From Octopus bimaculoides (taxonomy: Eukaryota): 64,000 nt of DNA. The stretch covers positions 11,590,132 through 11,654,131 of the forward strand of contig NC_068984.1 in assembly GCF_001194135.2 (NCBI RefSeq). The letters are read 5' to 3'. Position numbers and translations under genes: made by a program. This document shows positions 50,639 to 63,335 of this stretch, piece by piece (positions within the stretch are counted from its first letter, which is position 1; each line of letters starts with the position of its first letter). Under the pieces are notes generated by a model. That model was not told the origin of the DNA, ran no database searches, and saw only the letters and a program-made list of their open reading frames with translations.

Positions 50639-52281
50639 AAGTGGCTTAGAGATAACAAGTGTAGAATACAAACATTAGCAGACAATGACGAAGTTTTGTT
50701 ATAATCGCTTTGAAAGGGAGAGAGGTGTCGGGTACTATTCGCGTATTTGGGGCAGTGCATCTGCATCGTAAAAACACTGAAATATGTTTGTATGTACGTA
50801 CGTATACAACATACACATACCTAGACAGCCACATATACATACGGCGTGTGTGTGAAAGAAAGAGAAAATGTAATATTAGGTATACATATATAAGTCGATC
50901 GGCTAAACTTCCAAAAGTCAATCGACTCTACAAATAATAGCCAAACCTTCAATTCGTAACCAAATATCTTTAAAAATGAATTTTACGTGAGCTAGAACTA
51001 AATTATCTAAAATTAAGCTGGAATAGTCATGGTTAGAATACTTCTGATCATAGAATTACTCGATCGAGGCCAAACCTGGGTTGATAACAACGTTCACTCA
51101 CCAACACAGCGATCGCTAGCGCTGCCTTATCTACCGATTCTGTCTACAACGAGCTGCTTCTCTTCAACCCACTCACGTCAGTCAGCTTGTCATCTCGGTC
51201 GTTTTCCAACTCTAGAGACATCATATTGAATATATTACTAGTCCTGCCATACATGTAACGCATTCTGCTGGAAATCTATATTTGATCATGCATCATATCC
51301 TAACAATCAAGTTCCACGAAACCTAAATTCATCGAGAGACATTATATTGACATTACAATACTACCTTTTCCCCCGCCCCGCCCATTCCGTGAACTATCGG
51401 TCCTTTGCAAGATAAATATGAAAAGAAAAAAAACATTGACATTTGTTTAAAAGGGTGTCATCAAAGACCAGTAAAGTCGTTGCATAGGTATAATTAGATG
51501 GATTGTGAAGATGTTTTTTCCTATCTTTTTGGTTGATAATTAATATAGTGGAAAGTTACAAGCAAAACATATTTGAAGTCAAACTTGTCAACATTTCAGA
51601 TCATTGATTATGGCCCCTTATGCGATAGAATAAAAATGGTCAGCAAAATATATTTAATCCATAAATATGACAATAAAATTTTACTAATAAATTTTACATT
51701 TTCATAACATAAATATTCTGAATATTTTTTAAAGTAAGTAAAACACCTAAAAAAAAAACCGGTGTCACCTCAAAACGGTGGACTTAAAATATTCTAGTAT
51801 TTGCAAGTTTTAGTATAAAATCTTTAGCAATAAATTTCGACAAATATCCGAAAATAAAACGGTAATTCGGTTGCTAAAAATAAATAAACGATGAGAACAT
51901 TAAACAACTGAAGAATTTTGTATCCAATCAATATGCTAATAGGAATCTCAATGCGGATGCATTCGAGTTACCAATCTGTAATTCCTTGGATGCATAAAAA
52001 GTGATTCAACTGTAAAATTACATTAAAGAATGAGTTTAAAAAGGAGTAATAAGGAAATAAATAAAAAATAATAATCGAAAGAGGGGAAGCAATTTTTATT
52101 TGCTTGAAGGGAACGTAGAAATTCCTGGTAGTGTGTGTGTGTGTGTGTGTGTTATTCGATCGGCCGATAGCTTCGTGCGCTTGCACTTGTCGCTTGATAA
52201 GTGTTAATACACGAAACTCATGGCTCTTGAGTCACTTTATAACTTCTGCGATTAAATAATGCATACGCATATATATATATA

Positions 52282-53222
52282 TAGGCATAAAATGAATATT
52301 TTTAAATGAAATTTTCTATGCATATAGTATTTACTATGTAGAATCCGAATATACAAAAATTTCCGGTGAAAGTGTTTTGGAATGGGGGTGGATTAATCCC
52401 AACAAAATAACATAACCACCTTTAAAGTGAAAAAATCAAAACCGACGTATACGACAGGTATGTAAAATATATTTGTGTACTTTTTGTGTTTATTCTTAAT
52501 CTTCGTGTTTTTGCAAGATTGAAAAAAGTTTCGGAAAGCTAACATTTTAAAATTCTTCGGGAAGCGACACTGTGATAGTTTCTATATTTAACCGTGCGTG
52601 TATATTCCTATTTTTGCTCCTGTTCTCTTCTACTTCTCTACTAGAAACGTTTACTTTGGAATTTACTTCTATTGANNNNNNNNNNNNNNNNNNNNNNNNN
52701 NNNNNNNNNNNNNNNNNNNNNNNNNNNNNNNNNNNNNNNNNNNNNNNNNNNNNNNNNNNNNNNNNNNNNNNNNNNNNNNNNNNNNNNNNNNNNNNNNNNN
52801 NNNNNNNNNNNNNNNNNNNNNNNNNNNNNNNNNNNNNNNNNNNNNNNNNNNNNNNNNNNNNNNNNNNNNNNNNNNNNNNNNNNNNNNNNNNNNNNNNNNN
52901 NNNNNNNNNNNNNNNNNNNNNNNNNNNNNNNNNNNNNNNNNNNNACATACATCAAGGTATATTTGTAGAAAATTTCACGAAAAAATATTAATTTTCCTGG
53001 AAGTTAAGAAGAATTTAAGTGGACTCTGTTGGAATTTCCGAAAATTGTCCCCCACCCCCATTCCAAAACACTTTCACCGGAAATTTTTGTATATTCGGAT
53101 TCTACATAGTAAATACTATATGCATAGAAAATTTCATTAAAAAATATTCATTTTTCTGAAAGTTATGACCTCCCAAAGTCTGGGGGGGGGGGTAAAACCC
53201 TGTAGTTATGCCGTTATGCCTA
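52282..53222. mobile_element. Long-TIR DNA transposon derivative inserted in (TA)n
   Basis: About 100-bp near-perfect inverted arms (52290-52391 / 53052-53154); termini taggcataa / ttatgccta; the left arm lacks an approximately 60-bp subterminal piece. Confidence 0.75.
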
Positions 53223-53309
53223 TATATATATATAACGTTGACCACTAACGTGGACATATATATATATATATATACTTTTTAGTTGTATTTTCTTGAATGT
53301 GTATGTGTG

Positions 53310-53354
<45 letters not shown>

Positions 53355-54315
53355 ACGGCTGCAGTTTGTACAAGAGAAATAGTAATAACAATATTAGTCG
53401 TATTAAATCATCGAAGGCTGCTAGTTAGAGATAAGCAACAACAAATTCTCTCTCCGTCAGCTAGAAAAACCAGAAAAAACCAGCCATGTAATATATTTAT
53501 TATTATAGCTCCTGTAGCTATTCCATACCTGTCATCGTTTTATTGTGGAAACAACAAAATACGAATTCGTTACTTTAAAATTTATAACAACTAATTTATG
53601 CACCAATTTAAAGGACAGTTCAGTTTTTTGTTTAATACCCAAATTGCTTAATGAATGGGATTTAATTTATATCATGCAACGAATATTATTTATTTTCCAA
53701 TGGAAATATTCAGCAACAATGTAAAAATCTGAAATAGCGTTCCTCAAATCTAAATGTCTTTTACTTTTATTTTCAAAAACATTATTTATTTAAGTCTATT
53801 CGTTGCAAATCTTTATATAAAAAGGATTGCACAGAACGGATATTATGTTATATGTATTGAAATGAAAGCTTGAATATAAAAGCAATAAATAAGATGGGTT
53901 TAAATGCAACAAGTTAAGTTACTACTGGGTTAATCTATTCAATATGACAACCATAACAACAATGGAATTTTAGTTTGAAATTCTTTACTTCAATTAGTTT
54001 ATATATATACATATATAGATTCAGCTGTCCAGTGTTATAGGAACTAAGGGAACGTTTCACAGCTAGATGCACTCCTCGGGTTTATAGCAAACAGGTATCT
54101 GCTTCGGGAAGACATTTTTCAGTATCAATAAATATACATATACCATACTATATACCATATATATGCATATATGAGCATATATATATTTGCATGTATGTAT
54201 GCTCCTATGTTCATATTATACACACACACATACGTAATATATATATACATAGATATGTATGTGTGCATGTATCTATATGTTAATATATTTCAAGATTATC
54301 AAAATTAAAACGTAC

Positions 54316-54561
54316 CTTGGGATCTTTTTCATAATAATATTGTTGGGTTCTAATCCAGTGGCCAACCAAGTGGTCTTTAATTGTGTGTGCCAGGGCAAAG
54401 AAATAATCTCTCTGTGTCGCCACATTTCTGTCCTTCACCAGAGTGAAATGCAAATGTCTGTTAAAACTCTTCTTTATGCCAGAAATATTACCAACTTGCG
54501 CTATACCACGAATTGTAATTTGCTTGCGAAGCTCGGTTTCCGTCGGTGGTACGCACGACAT
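54316..54561 (-). CDS. PYG: Glycogen phosphorylase exon 1 (246 nt, [19 protein letters not shown]...YYYEKDPK)
   Basis: ATG in acaaccATG context; [17 protein letters not shown] motif; donor AAG|GTACGT. Confidence 0.96.
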
Positions 54562-55037
54562 GGTTGTAAAGTTGGCGATTGGAGTTAGTGAGAGAAGGAG
54601 TTTTAAACGAAGCTGCCGAAAAAAAACTAAATTAAAGGAGAGTTGTCCCTGACAGCCAGTGCGTCCTTCAACTACGATTCTCAAGGACGTAACCTCTCGT
54701 GCAAGAAAGCAGCCGGATGGTTGATGTTGTTGCAGTTGTTGGTGATGGTGCTGGTGATGGTTGTTGTTGATATTGAAGCTGCTGCTGCTCTAATGACGGT
54801 ATTTCTAGCAACATACGTAATCATACACGACATACAAGGTGATGTTAGCAAAGAATCGTATATTGTTCGCTGCTCTCTTCTCTCCCTATCTCTCTCTCTC
54901 TCTCTAATATATATGCGTATATATATAATATATATATATGTGTCCCTTTTCTCCTCAATCTCTCTTCTATCTCTGTTTCCCTTCTCTTTTTCTCTCTCCC
55001 TTCTCTCACTCCATTCTTCCCTCTTTCTTCTTCATCT

Positions 55038-55079
<42 letters not shown>

Positions 55080-55540
55080 CCTCTCCTCTCCTCCCCTCTC
55101 CCTCGCACTGAGAGAAATTCATTTTTGTTTATTCCTCAGATAATTTGTTTCAACCGTTTTTATTAGAATTTATTATCGAGCAAAATATGCATCCAGATAA
55201 TGCATTGAATTTGAAAGCAAAGCTTTCTATGTGTATGTGTGTATATACATGTGTACTCACGTGTGTATATTTATGTATACATACATACACACACACAGAC
55301 AGACAATCATTTACGCATGTACGTATATATGTATGTATGCATGTATGTATGTACAAACAGAAATTGACACATTCTCCATTCTAGTTTTCTTTTGATTTTA
55401 TTTGTCATTTGTTATTTGTAACGTTTACAACAATGAGCTTAACGTTTTACTAATCTCCAAAATCACTTTGTGTGGGTGTGTGGGTGCGCGCGTGTGTTTG
55501 TGTGTATGCATGTGTCTGATTTCTCAGTAGATTGGAAGGT

Positions 55541-55541
<1 letters not shown>

Positions 55542-55589
<48 letters not shown>
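55542..55589. repeat. (TATC)n microsatellite
   Basis: About 12 perfect units. Confidence 0.95.
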
Positions 55590-56564
55590 CTTTCTCAACT
55601 CTAGTCATCAACAGTATTAGAAGTTTATAGGTAATTATACAGCTTAAACTGCTTAATAATACTGTTTGCTGATGATTATACTAATTCCTATTAAATTAAT
55701 ACGAACTTGAGTAAAAATTTATAATATATCTATAATTTTATATATGTATTCATTTGTCTAGAAATTTTTGCAACAACAGTAAAAATATGTGATTTCACGT
55801 ATGTCAGCTGTGTTGGTCTCTGCAGGAACCTTTATAATGATTGAATTAATAATTTAGCTGTGTGGGAAGAGATTATGTCACCATCATCGTCGCCTCTGTT
55901 ATTATCATCATCACTGACATCATCATTCGTAACAATATATTTAACGAACTAATGAGGGAGACCATATGCAGTCACTCAACCAGCGAGAAATAGCAATCAA
56001 ATCTCCACCGCATCTCACACCGTGGAAGAGCATAATGGATAATATTACAATTCTGATTACGCTATTTAGAAAACAACAATGATGGACAAGCCCGGGGCTT
56101 AATAATATAATCTAACGTCACATACCCCTCTAATATATGTTGAGATGTTCACTAAATTTCTCTTAAATGTCATCTGTGTGGAAAATAAATAAAATTTAGA
56201 AAAAGAGAAATAAAAAACAATAGCTAAGTTACTGTTAACAATTTTCCTTCTTTTTTTCATGCTGATGGTCTCTGAGAGTAATTCGTTCTCTGTTCTACGC
56301 CTACAGGAATATGTACTTGTACATTATATTTAGCGATTCTGACATCTCTATTTCTATAAGTAAGGTTATATGTATGTGTCGTTGATGTAGTCTAATAATA
56401 CCAAAACGTGCTTGGAGTTGTCTCCCATGCAAGCCGATAATATATATTAATCGATCGCCACATGTTTTCTAGTTATCCTTCTGATGCTACATACATTAAG
56501 TATGTTAACACCTACTTAACAAATAGATATTGAGTTTGCACTACCATATTTAATACAAGGAACA

Positions 56565-56609
<45 letters not shown>

Positions 56610-56929
56610 CAGCAGCAATAATAGCAATGCTTATTCAGGAAAAAGAAAATGGCTTAATAAGTAATATTTTAATTTGACCTTGGCAAGTAAGAGTGACAAC
56701 TTTGGACATAATCTTTTATCTTTTATCTTTTATTTGGTTTAGTCATAGGACTGCGACCATGCTGTGATACTGAGAAAAATAATCCAAGTCACAAAAATTC
56801 ATTATCATAAAAATAGCAGTCAAGTTAGTGCCATTATGGAGAGTGGGGTAAAAATCTGATTTATAAGGATTATGTGGTGTGGAGAAGAAATCATTAATTC
56901 AATGACTAATATTATTTTAATATATTGAC

Positions 56930-57425
56930 ATGTATTGGAGGTATGCAGGTGTTGGAGGCATATGTTAGAAGTATGTGTTTGAGGAATGTGTTAGAGGTAT
57001 GTGTTGGAGGTATGTGCTGGAAACATGCTTTGGAGACATCAGAGACATGCTGGAAGCAAGTGTTAAATATATGCGCTTGAGTTGTGTACTAGAGACATAT
57101 ATTTGAAGCATGTGTTGGAAGTATCATAGGCATGTGTAAGAGACAAGTGTTGGAGGTGTATGGTGGAGATATGAGTTGGAAACATGTGTCACAAACATGC
57201 ATTGAATACACAAGTTTAAGTCATTGGCTGGAGGTATGTGTTGGAGACATGTAATAGAGGTACACATTGGAAACACATCAGAGCATGCTTTGGAAGCATG
57301 TGTTAAAGGCAAGTGCTGGAGATGTGTGTTGGATTCATGCAATGAAGGCATGTGTTATAGACATGAGGTGGAGGTATGTGCTAGAGCGATGTTTAGAGAA
57401 GTGTTGGAATCATACACTGGGGGCA
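56930..57425. repeat. Degenerate 13-bp minisatellite (consensus about catgtgttggagg)
   Basis: Recurring 13-nt units tatgtgttggagg, tatgtgctggaaa, catgctttggaga over about 490 bp. Confidence 0.8.
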
Positions 57426-57755
57426 TGAATTGGGGAGCAGAAAGAAAAAGTTAGCTGACATGGAGAACTGGAAGTTATCTGAATATTGGAAAAAAAGTTA
57501 CCTGTATTGTGATGGTTTACACCAGGTATCAAAATGCTGCATAGCTGCTGCTCGGTGCTGTGAGAACATAAGTAACAGCAAATAAATCTTAAGAACGAAC
57601 AAGTCTCCATATTTTATATCATTATAATTATTGCTAGATTATATTGCCATCCAGAGAAGTGAGCAAAGTTGTGAAGGAAAGAACCTTGTTTTGTTTATTA
57701 CCCTTCAAATTTTAAGAAGGTCTTGCTAGTTTTTATAGTCTCAGATATCCTGATC

Positions 57756-58345
57756 ATTACCTCCGCCAAGGAAAGAGGTTATGTTTTCATTGACGTTGGT
57801 TTGTCCATCTGTGTGCAAAATAACTCAAAAAGTTGTGAACTGTATTCGATGAAACTTGCAGGAAAAGTTGATAATGACACAAGGAACAGATGATGAAATT
57901 TTGGTAGAGATCTGGGAATTTTTATGAATTCTTGAAGGATTTTTCATTTGTTATATTTACTTTACATGAAGTGTTACGGTCTTTGATTATCTCCCTTGAA
58001 AACACGTTCATCGTTTCCACGTAACCTATGGTGGCATTACTGTTTCTAAAGTTTATTTTTGTTTCTCTATTAGTAATTTTACTCGCGTATCTATCTTAAA
58101 ATGAGCTGCTTGGCATAGGTTTGCGGAGGATGACATGACAAGCCTTGACTATTGGGATGATTCCTGTTTTTAAAGGGTTTTTTTCTTTTAAATCATATGG
58201 CTGTGTTATTTCTTTTTTACCCCTGCCAAGGAGCTTATGTTTTTGCCGGCGTTGGTTTGGGAAATTGGGCGATTTCTAGCATGCATGTATATGGGTGGAA
58301 ATGAGCTGCTTGGCAGAGTTCTACACTCTCCAAGTGCTTTTCTAG
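57756..58345 (+). mobile_element. Helentron-associated (HINE-like) element with duplicated 3' segment
   Basis: attacctccgccaagg...gaggttatgttttc start; aatgagctgcttggca occurs twice (about 58100 and 58300). Confidence 0.55.
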
Positions 58346-58888
58346 TTTCTAATGTATGAATTAAGAAGTTGTGTCCTCTCCCTGAGAACCCAAGTTCCAC
58401 TATACCTTTGCATCAGGTGTGCTGATATATATCCTGTTTCTCCAATAATAAATAGGTGTGAAACTGAAAATGTATCTTGGGTACTAGATTTGCAAACTCC
58501 TTATAAATGTTCCTTAGATGTCCTCTTTCTCTGTATTTTTCTAACAACAAGGTATCCAGAAGGCAGATGATTTCCACATTAGAGAATATTTTGTTTTTGT
58601 GGTCCCACACAACAATATCTGGCTGGTTGTGTTTTAACTGTATGTATGTACGTTTGTATGAATGAATGAATTAATTAATTAATAAATGAATGTATATATG
58701 TTCCCTTCTGTTTTTAATCCTTTAATTTCTTCCTCTGAGGAAGGAGCTGATTTGTAACAAACATATAAAGTGCCATCGTTAGAATGTAGATAAAAAATGT
58801 CACATTTTGAACTTGAGAAAGCCTTGCATATTTTTCCTTTTCCACTTACAGATTGTATTTGTAATGTATACACATATGTATATATATA

Positions 58889-58929
<41 letters not shown>

Positions 58930-60639
58930 NNNNNNNNNNNNNNNNNNNNNNNNNNNNNNNNNNNNNNNNNNNNNNNNNNNNNNNNNNNNNNNNNNNNNNN
59001 NNNNNNNNNNNNNNNNNNNNNNNNNNNNNNNNNNNNNNNNNNNNNNNNNNNNNNNNNNNNNNNNNNNNNNNNNNNNNNNNNNNNNNNNNNNNNNNNNNNN
59101 NNTATATATATGTATATGTATGTATGTATATATATGTATGTATGTAATGCTTTGTACTATATTTATTCACAAGATGATTAACACTTTCCTTTACTCTGTC
59201 ATCTCTCTAAAACAAAAACAAAAGAATATTTTATTTTATTGTTTGTACTTTAATAAGCCATGATAGATATTTCTATTTCCTTCTTCAATATGCCATCTTT
59301 CAGCCAAATCTACCATTCTTCATTTGCTCTGTTTCCTGCTTCCCAATCTCTTCTGCAGCATATTTTGGTTTCCACTTCTTCTCTGTTCTCTCTATTTTCT
59401 ATCATTAATCTTTCTGGCTTCATATACAAATACCAATACCCTATAATTATGTATTTTCTATCATTTCAGACAGGTTTCCGTCTACTAATGTACAAGGTAC
59501 ACATCTGTGTTATCAGAGGTGTATAGCATTACTGTTTATAGCTAGAATGCTACCTAACTAATCAATTATTGTTTATTTGTCTGTTGCCATGGAGTTGATT
59601 TCCACCATTGCATTTATAAGTTTGTCTAGGTGTGTTATTCTATTGAGAGAGCTCTTCATAGAGAGTTATATATATGTATTTTACAAGTGTATATATAAAC
59701 TTGTAGGTCCTGTATTAATTAGTATTTTTTTTCCAGCTTGTTTATTCTGCTTCAGGCACTATTAGCACTATCTCCACTCTTATTCCATTCATGTGCATTC
59801 TAATTCAACAGCCTTTGTAATTTGATAGATATCCATCTCTCTTTAAATCACATTTTTGGCCATCAGTAAAATACATGCTTATCAGCAATAGCATGGATGG
59901 TGGTTGGGTGGTCTACCCTAGGCAACACTTTTATGGGCGTGGCACTTTCAGACCTGCTGTATAAGCCTACATAAGCTGTATTGCCAGGGAAGGGGGACAG
60001 GACAAACTTGATTGCTGCCCCAGGCAGCATACACTCTAGCTACTCCACTGTTTATTAGAGTACCAAGGATTTCCATTTGGTCATTTATAATTAGTGTCAT
60101 GGAAATTTATCTTGATTTCTTTGTCACTTTCTATAGACAATAATATTGTAACTCTACCATTAAGTTTTTACTGCTCATTTGTTGTTCTGGTTTGAAGATA
60201 GCTCCAATTTGGTGATACATCATCATCATCATCATCATCGTCGCCGCCGTCGTCGTCGTCATCATCATCATCTTCGTTTTTAATGTTCAATATTCCTTAC
60301 TTGCATAGGTCAGATGAAATTTATTAAGGTAAATTTTTCTACAGCTCGATGTTCTTCCTGTTGCCAACCTTCACCTGTTTCCAAGTAAGGTAATATTTTT
60401 CTATAACCAGACGTGCTTTCACAGAAGATTGGAAATGAAAGACATCATTTGCATAATGGTGACCCTCATTTATGACTACCACACAAAGTCGAGGCCAGGA
60501 GACAGATGTATTAAGTTGATTTTGCTACCATCCAATGATAAGATTGCCTGCCAGTGAAGTCACCCTCACCACTTTCTTTGTCATTATCATTATTCTTGTT
60601 CTTACTGATGTTGCTGTTATTATTCTTGTTGTACCTCCT

Positions 60640-61090
60640 GAATGGCTCCCAAGTCAGTGACATGTAAAAAGCACCATCTGAACATCACCGATGCCAGTGC
60701 CCCTTGACTGGTTCCCATGCCAGTGGTATGTAAATAGCACTGTCTGGATGTGGCCAATGCCAGTGCCCTCTGATTGGCCCCCATGCTGGTGGCATATAAA
60801 AAGCACCATCTGAACGTGGCCGATGCAAGTGCCACTTGACTGGCTCCCATGCTGGTGGCACATAAAAAGTACTATCCAAACGTGGCCGGTGCCAGGCCCA
60901 CCTGACTGGTGGCACATAAAAAGCACCCAATACACTCTCAGAGTGGTTGGCATTAGGAAGAGCATCCAACTGTAGAAACATTGCCAGATTAGATTAGAGC
61001 CTGGTGCAGCTTCCTGGCTCTCCAGACCTCAGTCAAACCATCCAACCCATGCCGGCATGGAAAACGGACGTTAAATGATGATGATGATGA
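60640..61090 (+). mobile_element. Family B (RTE-tail) element with an internal ~66-bp tandem array
   Basis: About 4 units of ggtggcacataaaaagcaccat...gccgatgccagtgcc, then ggaaaacggacgttaaatgatgatg tail. Confidence 0.75.
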
Positions 61091-61732
61091 TTGTTGTTAC
61101 TACTGCTGTTGTTGTTGTTGTTGTTGTTGCTGCTTCTATTGTTGCTTTTGTTACTGTTGTCATTGTTGTTGTCATTGATGTTTGCACTGTTAAAAGCATT
61201 ATCCTTACCATTGTCTCCACGGTTACTGTTATCGTATTGTTCTTGTGCCAATGGTTTCTAATGAAGTTAGTAGTGTTATGAGAAGTTTTTCCCTGCTACC
61301 TCCTCAATGAATCTGATGGTGGGTGTTATTGATGCCATGATTCCAAATGAGAAGAAAAAAAAAATAAATAAAAGCAAATAAAAAGATTACAAAAACGATG
61401 CCCTTTTGGACACAACTGAGCAGACCCTCTCTTCACCCAGTGAAGTAGAGGTCCTTAATTAAACCTTCAACAAAGCTTTACAACGGTAAATAAATAGCTT
61501 CAAATACAATTTAACAAACCTTCAGGAGTCCATATAATGTATGCCTAGTACAAATGATAATGATGATGATGATGATGAAATAACAACAAGTGTAGCATTG
61601 ATAAGACAGTAGCATCATTGTGGAAAATTATCTGTGACAGTTAGACATGTAATTAGTGGATGCTCAAAAGTAGCCCAAAAGGAGTACAAAAATGTCATGA
61701 CGATGTAGCCGTGTGAATACAGTAGGGATTAC

Positions 61733-62142
61733 TCTCTCTTTTTACTCTTTTACTTGTTTCAGTCATTTCACTGTGGCCAAGCTGGTGCACCACCTTTAGT
61801 CGAGAAAATCGACCCCAGGACTTATTCTTTGTAAGCCAAGTACTTATTCTATCGGTCTCTTTTGCCGAACCACTAAGTTACAGGGACGTAAACACACCAG
61901 TATTGGTTGTCAAGCGATGTTGGGGGGACAGACACAGACACACAAACACACACACATATATGTATACATATACATATATACGACAGGCTTCTTTCAGTTT
62001 CCGCCTACCAAATCCACTCACAAGGCTTTGGTCGGCCTGAGGCTATAGTAGAAGACACTTGCCCAAAGTGCTACGCAGTGGGACTGAACCCAGAACCATG
62101 TGGTTGGTAAGCAAGCTACTTACCACACAGCCACTCCTGCGC
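61733..62142 (-). mobile_element. SINE family A, full length
   Basis: Reverse complement of the 9811 copy, both ends present. Confidence 0.85.
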
Positions 62143-62699
62143 AAAAAGTATGGGCTAAAATGTTCCAACATGTGGTATGAGCACCAACCTTTGCCTGTAG
62201 CAGAGAATGATCAGGTGAAATTCACATGGAATATGCCAATATACACAGATAAAAAGCTGCAACATCACTGATCAGATATCACTGTACCACTGAAGGAAAC
62301 CAATCGTGAAGATGACCGGGAAGAAAGGACAAGTTATCATCTCTGCCAACATTGTGGCAGTAACTGCCTGGATGACATATTTTGGTTAAAACCTGACATC
62401 TAGAAGCAATGACACATACTCGGGTGGAAAGAACCCTCAAAGAAACATGGTCGGATTGAAATTATGTGACAAGAACAAAACAGTTTGGGAGCATGGAGGT
62501 TCTCTTCAAGAGTGAAGCTCTTACACTGAAACACTCCTTAGCTCCAATATTACCAGAAAAAACTCACCCTCCACCAACATATATTGGGAGAATGACCTGA
62601 AACATTAAGAGAGAGAGAGAGAAAGAGACAGACAGATAGACAGATAGACAGACAGACAGAGAGACAAAGAGACAGAGAGAGACAGAGAGAATTCTACCT

Positions 62700-63060
62700 A
62701 GATTGGACATCTGGTGGTTGTTGGCATGTGGGAAGCTATGGCTAGCTGCATGAGGGAGAAGTCACCAGGGCTGGATGGTTGTTGAAAAACAAATATTAAC
62801 AACAGAAGCAGTATTAATGTAAAAGGGCAATCTTTATATCCAACTTAACCTGGACATATTGTTAGATTGCCACCAGCTGGCTTTTTGTTATATCAGTGCC
62901 TAAAAAGTGAGTTATTCTATATATTGAGTATGAGATTTGCCTGGTATGCAGTGAGTGGACACCTGTCACTGAAGAAGTGCAGTATGCTGAAATCATGTGA
63001 TCTGGCAGTTCCTGCACACATGCCAGATGATTCTCATCTGCTACAATATAAGTCTGTGCT
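62700..63060 (+). mobile_element. L1/Tx1-like LINE RT remnant
   Basis: WEAMASCMREKSPGLDG (62729-62779) matches the RT domain-0 KSPGLDG motif. Confidence 0.45.
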
Positions 63061-63157
63061 TTAATGCATCATGCATCTATATGAGAGGACCTCTCAAAGC
63101 AGGTATCACAGTATTTGGTGTTTTAACTATATGTCCATGTTAAAGCTGGATATAAAG

Positions 63158-63335
<178 letters not shown>

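Noticed and set aside
54562-54684. 41-aa N-terminal extension of phosphorylase in the ORF track
   Set aside because: Starts at TTG, has no homology to phosphorylases, and ATG 54561 gives the orthologous exon length with good context.
60640-60920. CRISPR-like regularly spaced repeats (also 29220-29520, 56930-57425)
   Set aside because: Units are contiguous degenerate tandem repeats without unique spacers, in a eukaryotic context with no cas genes.
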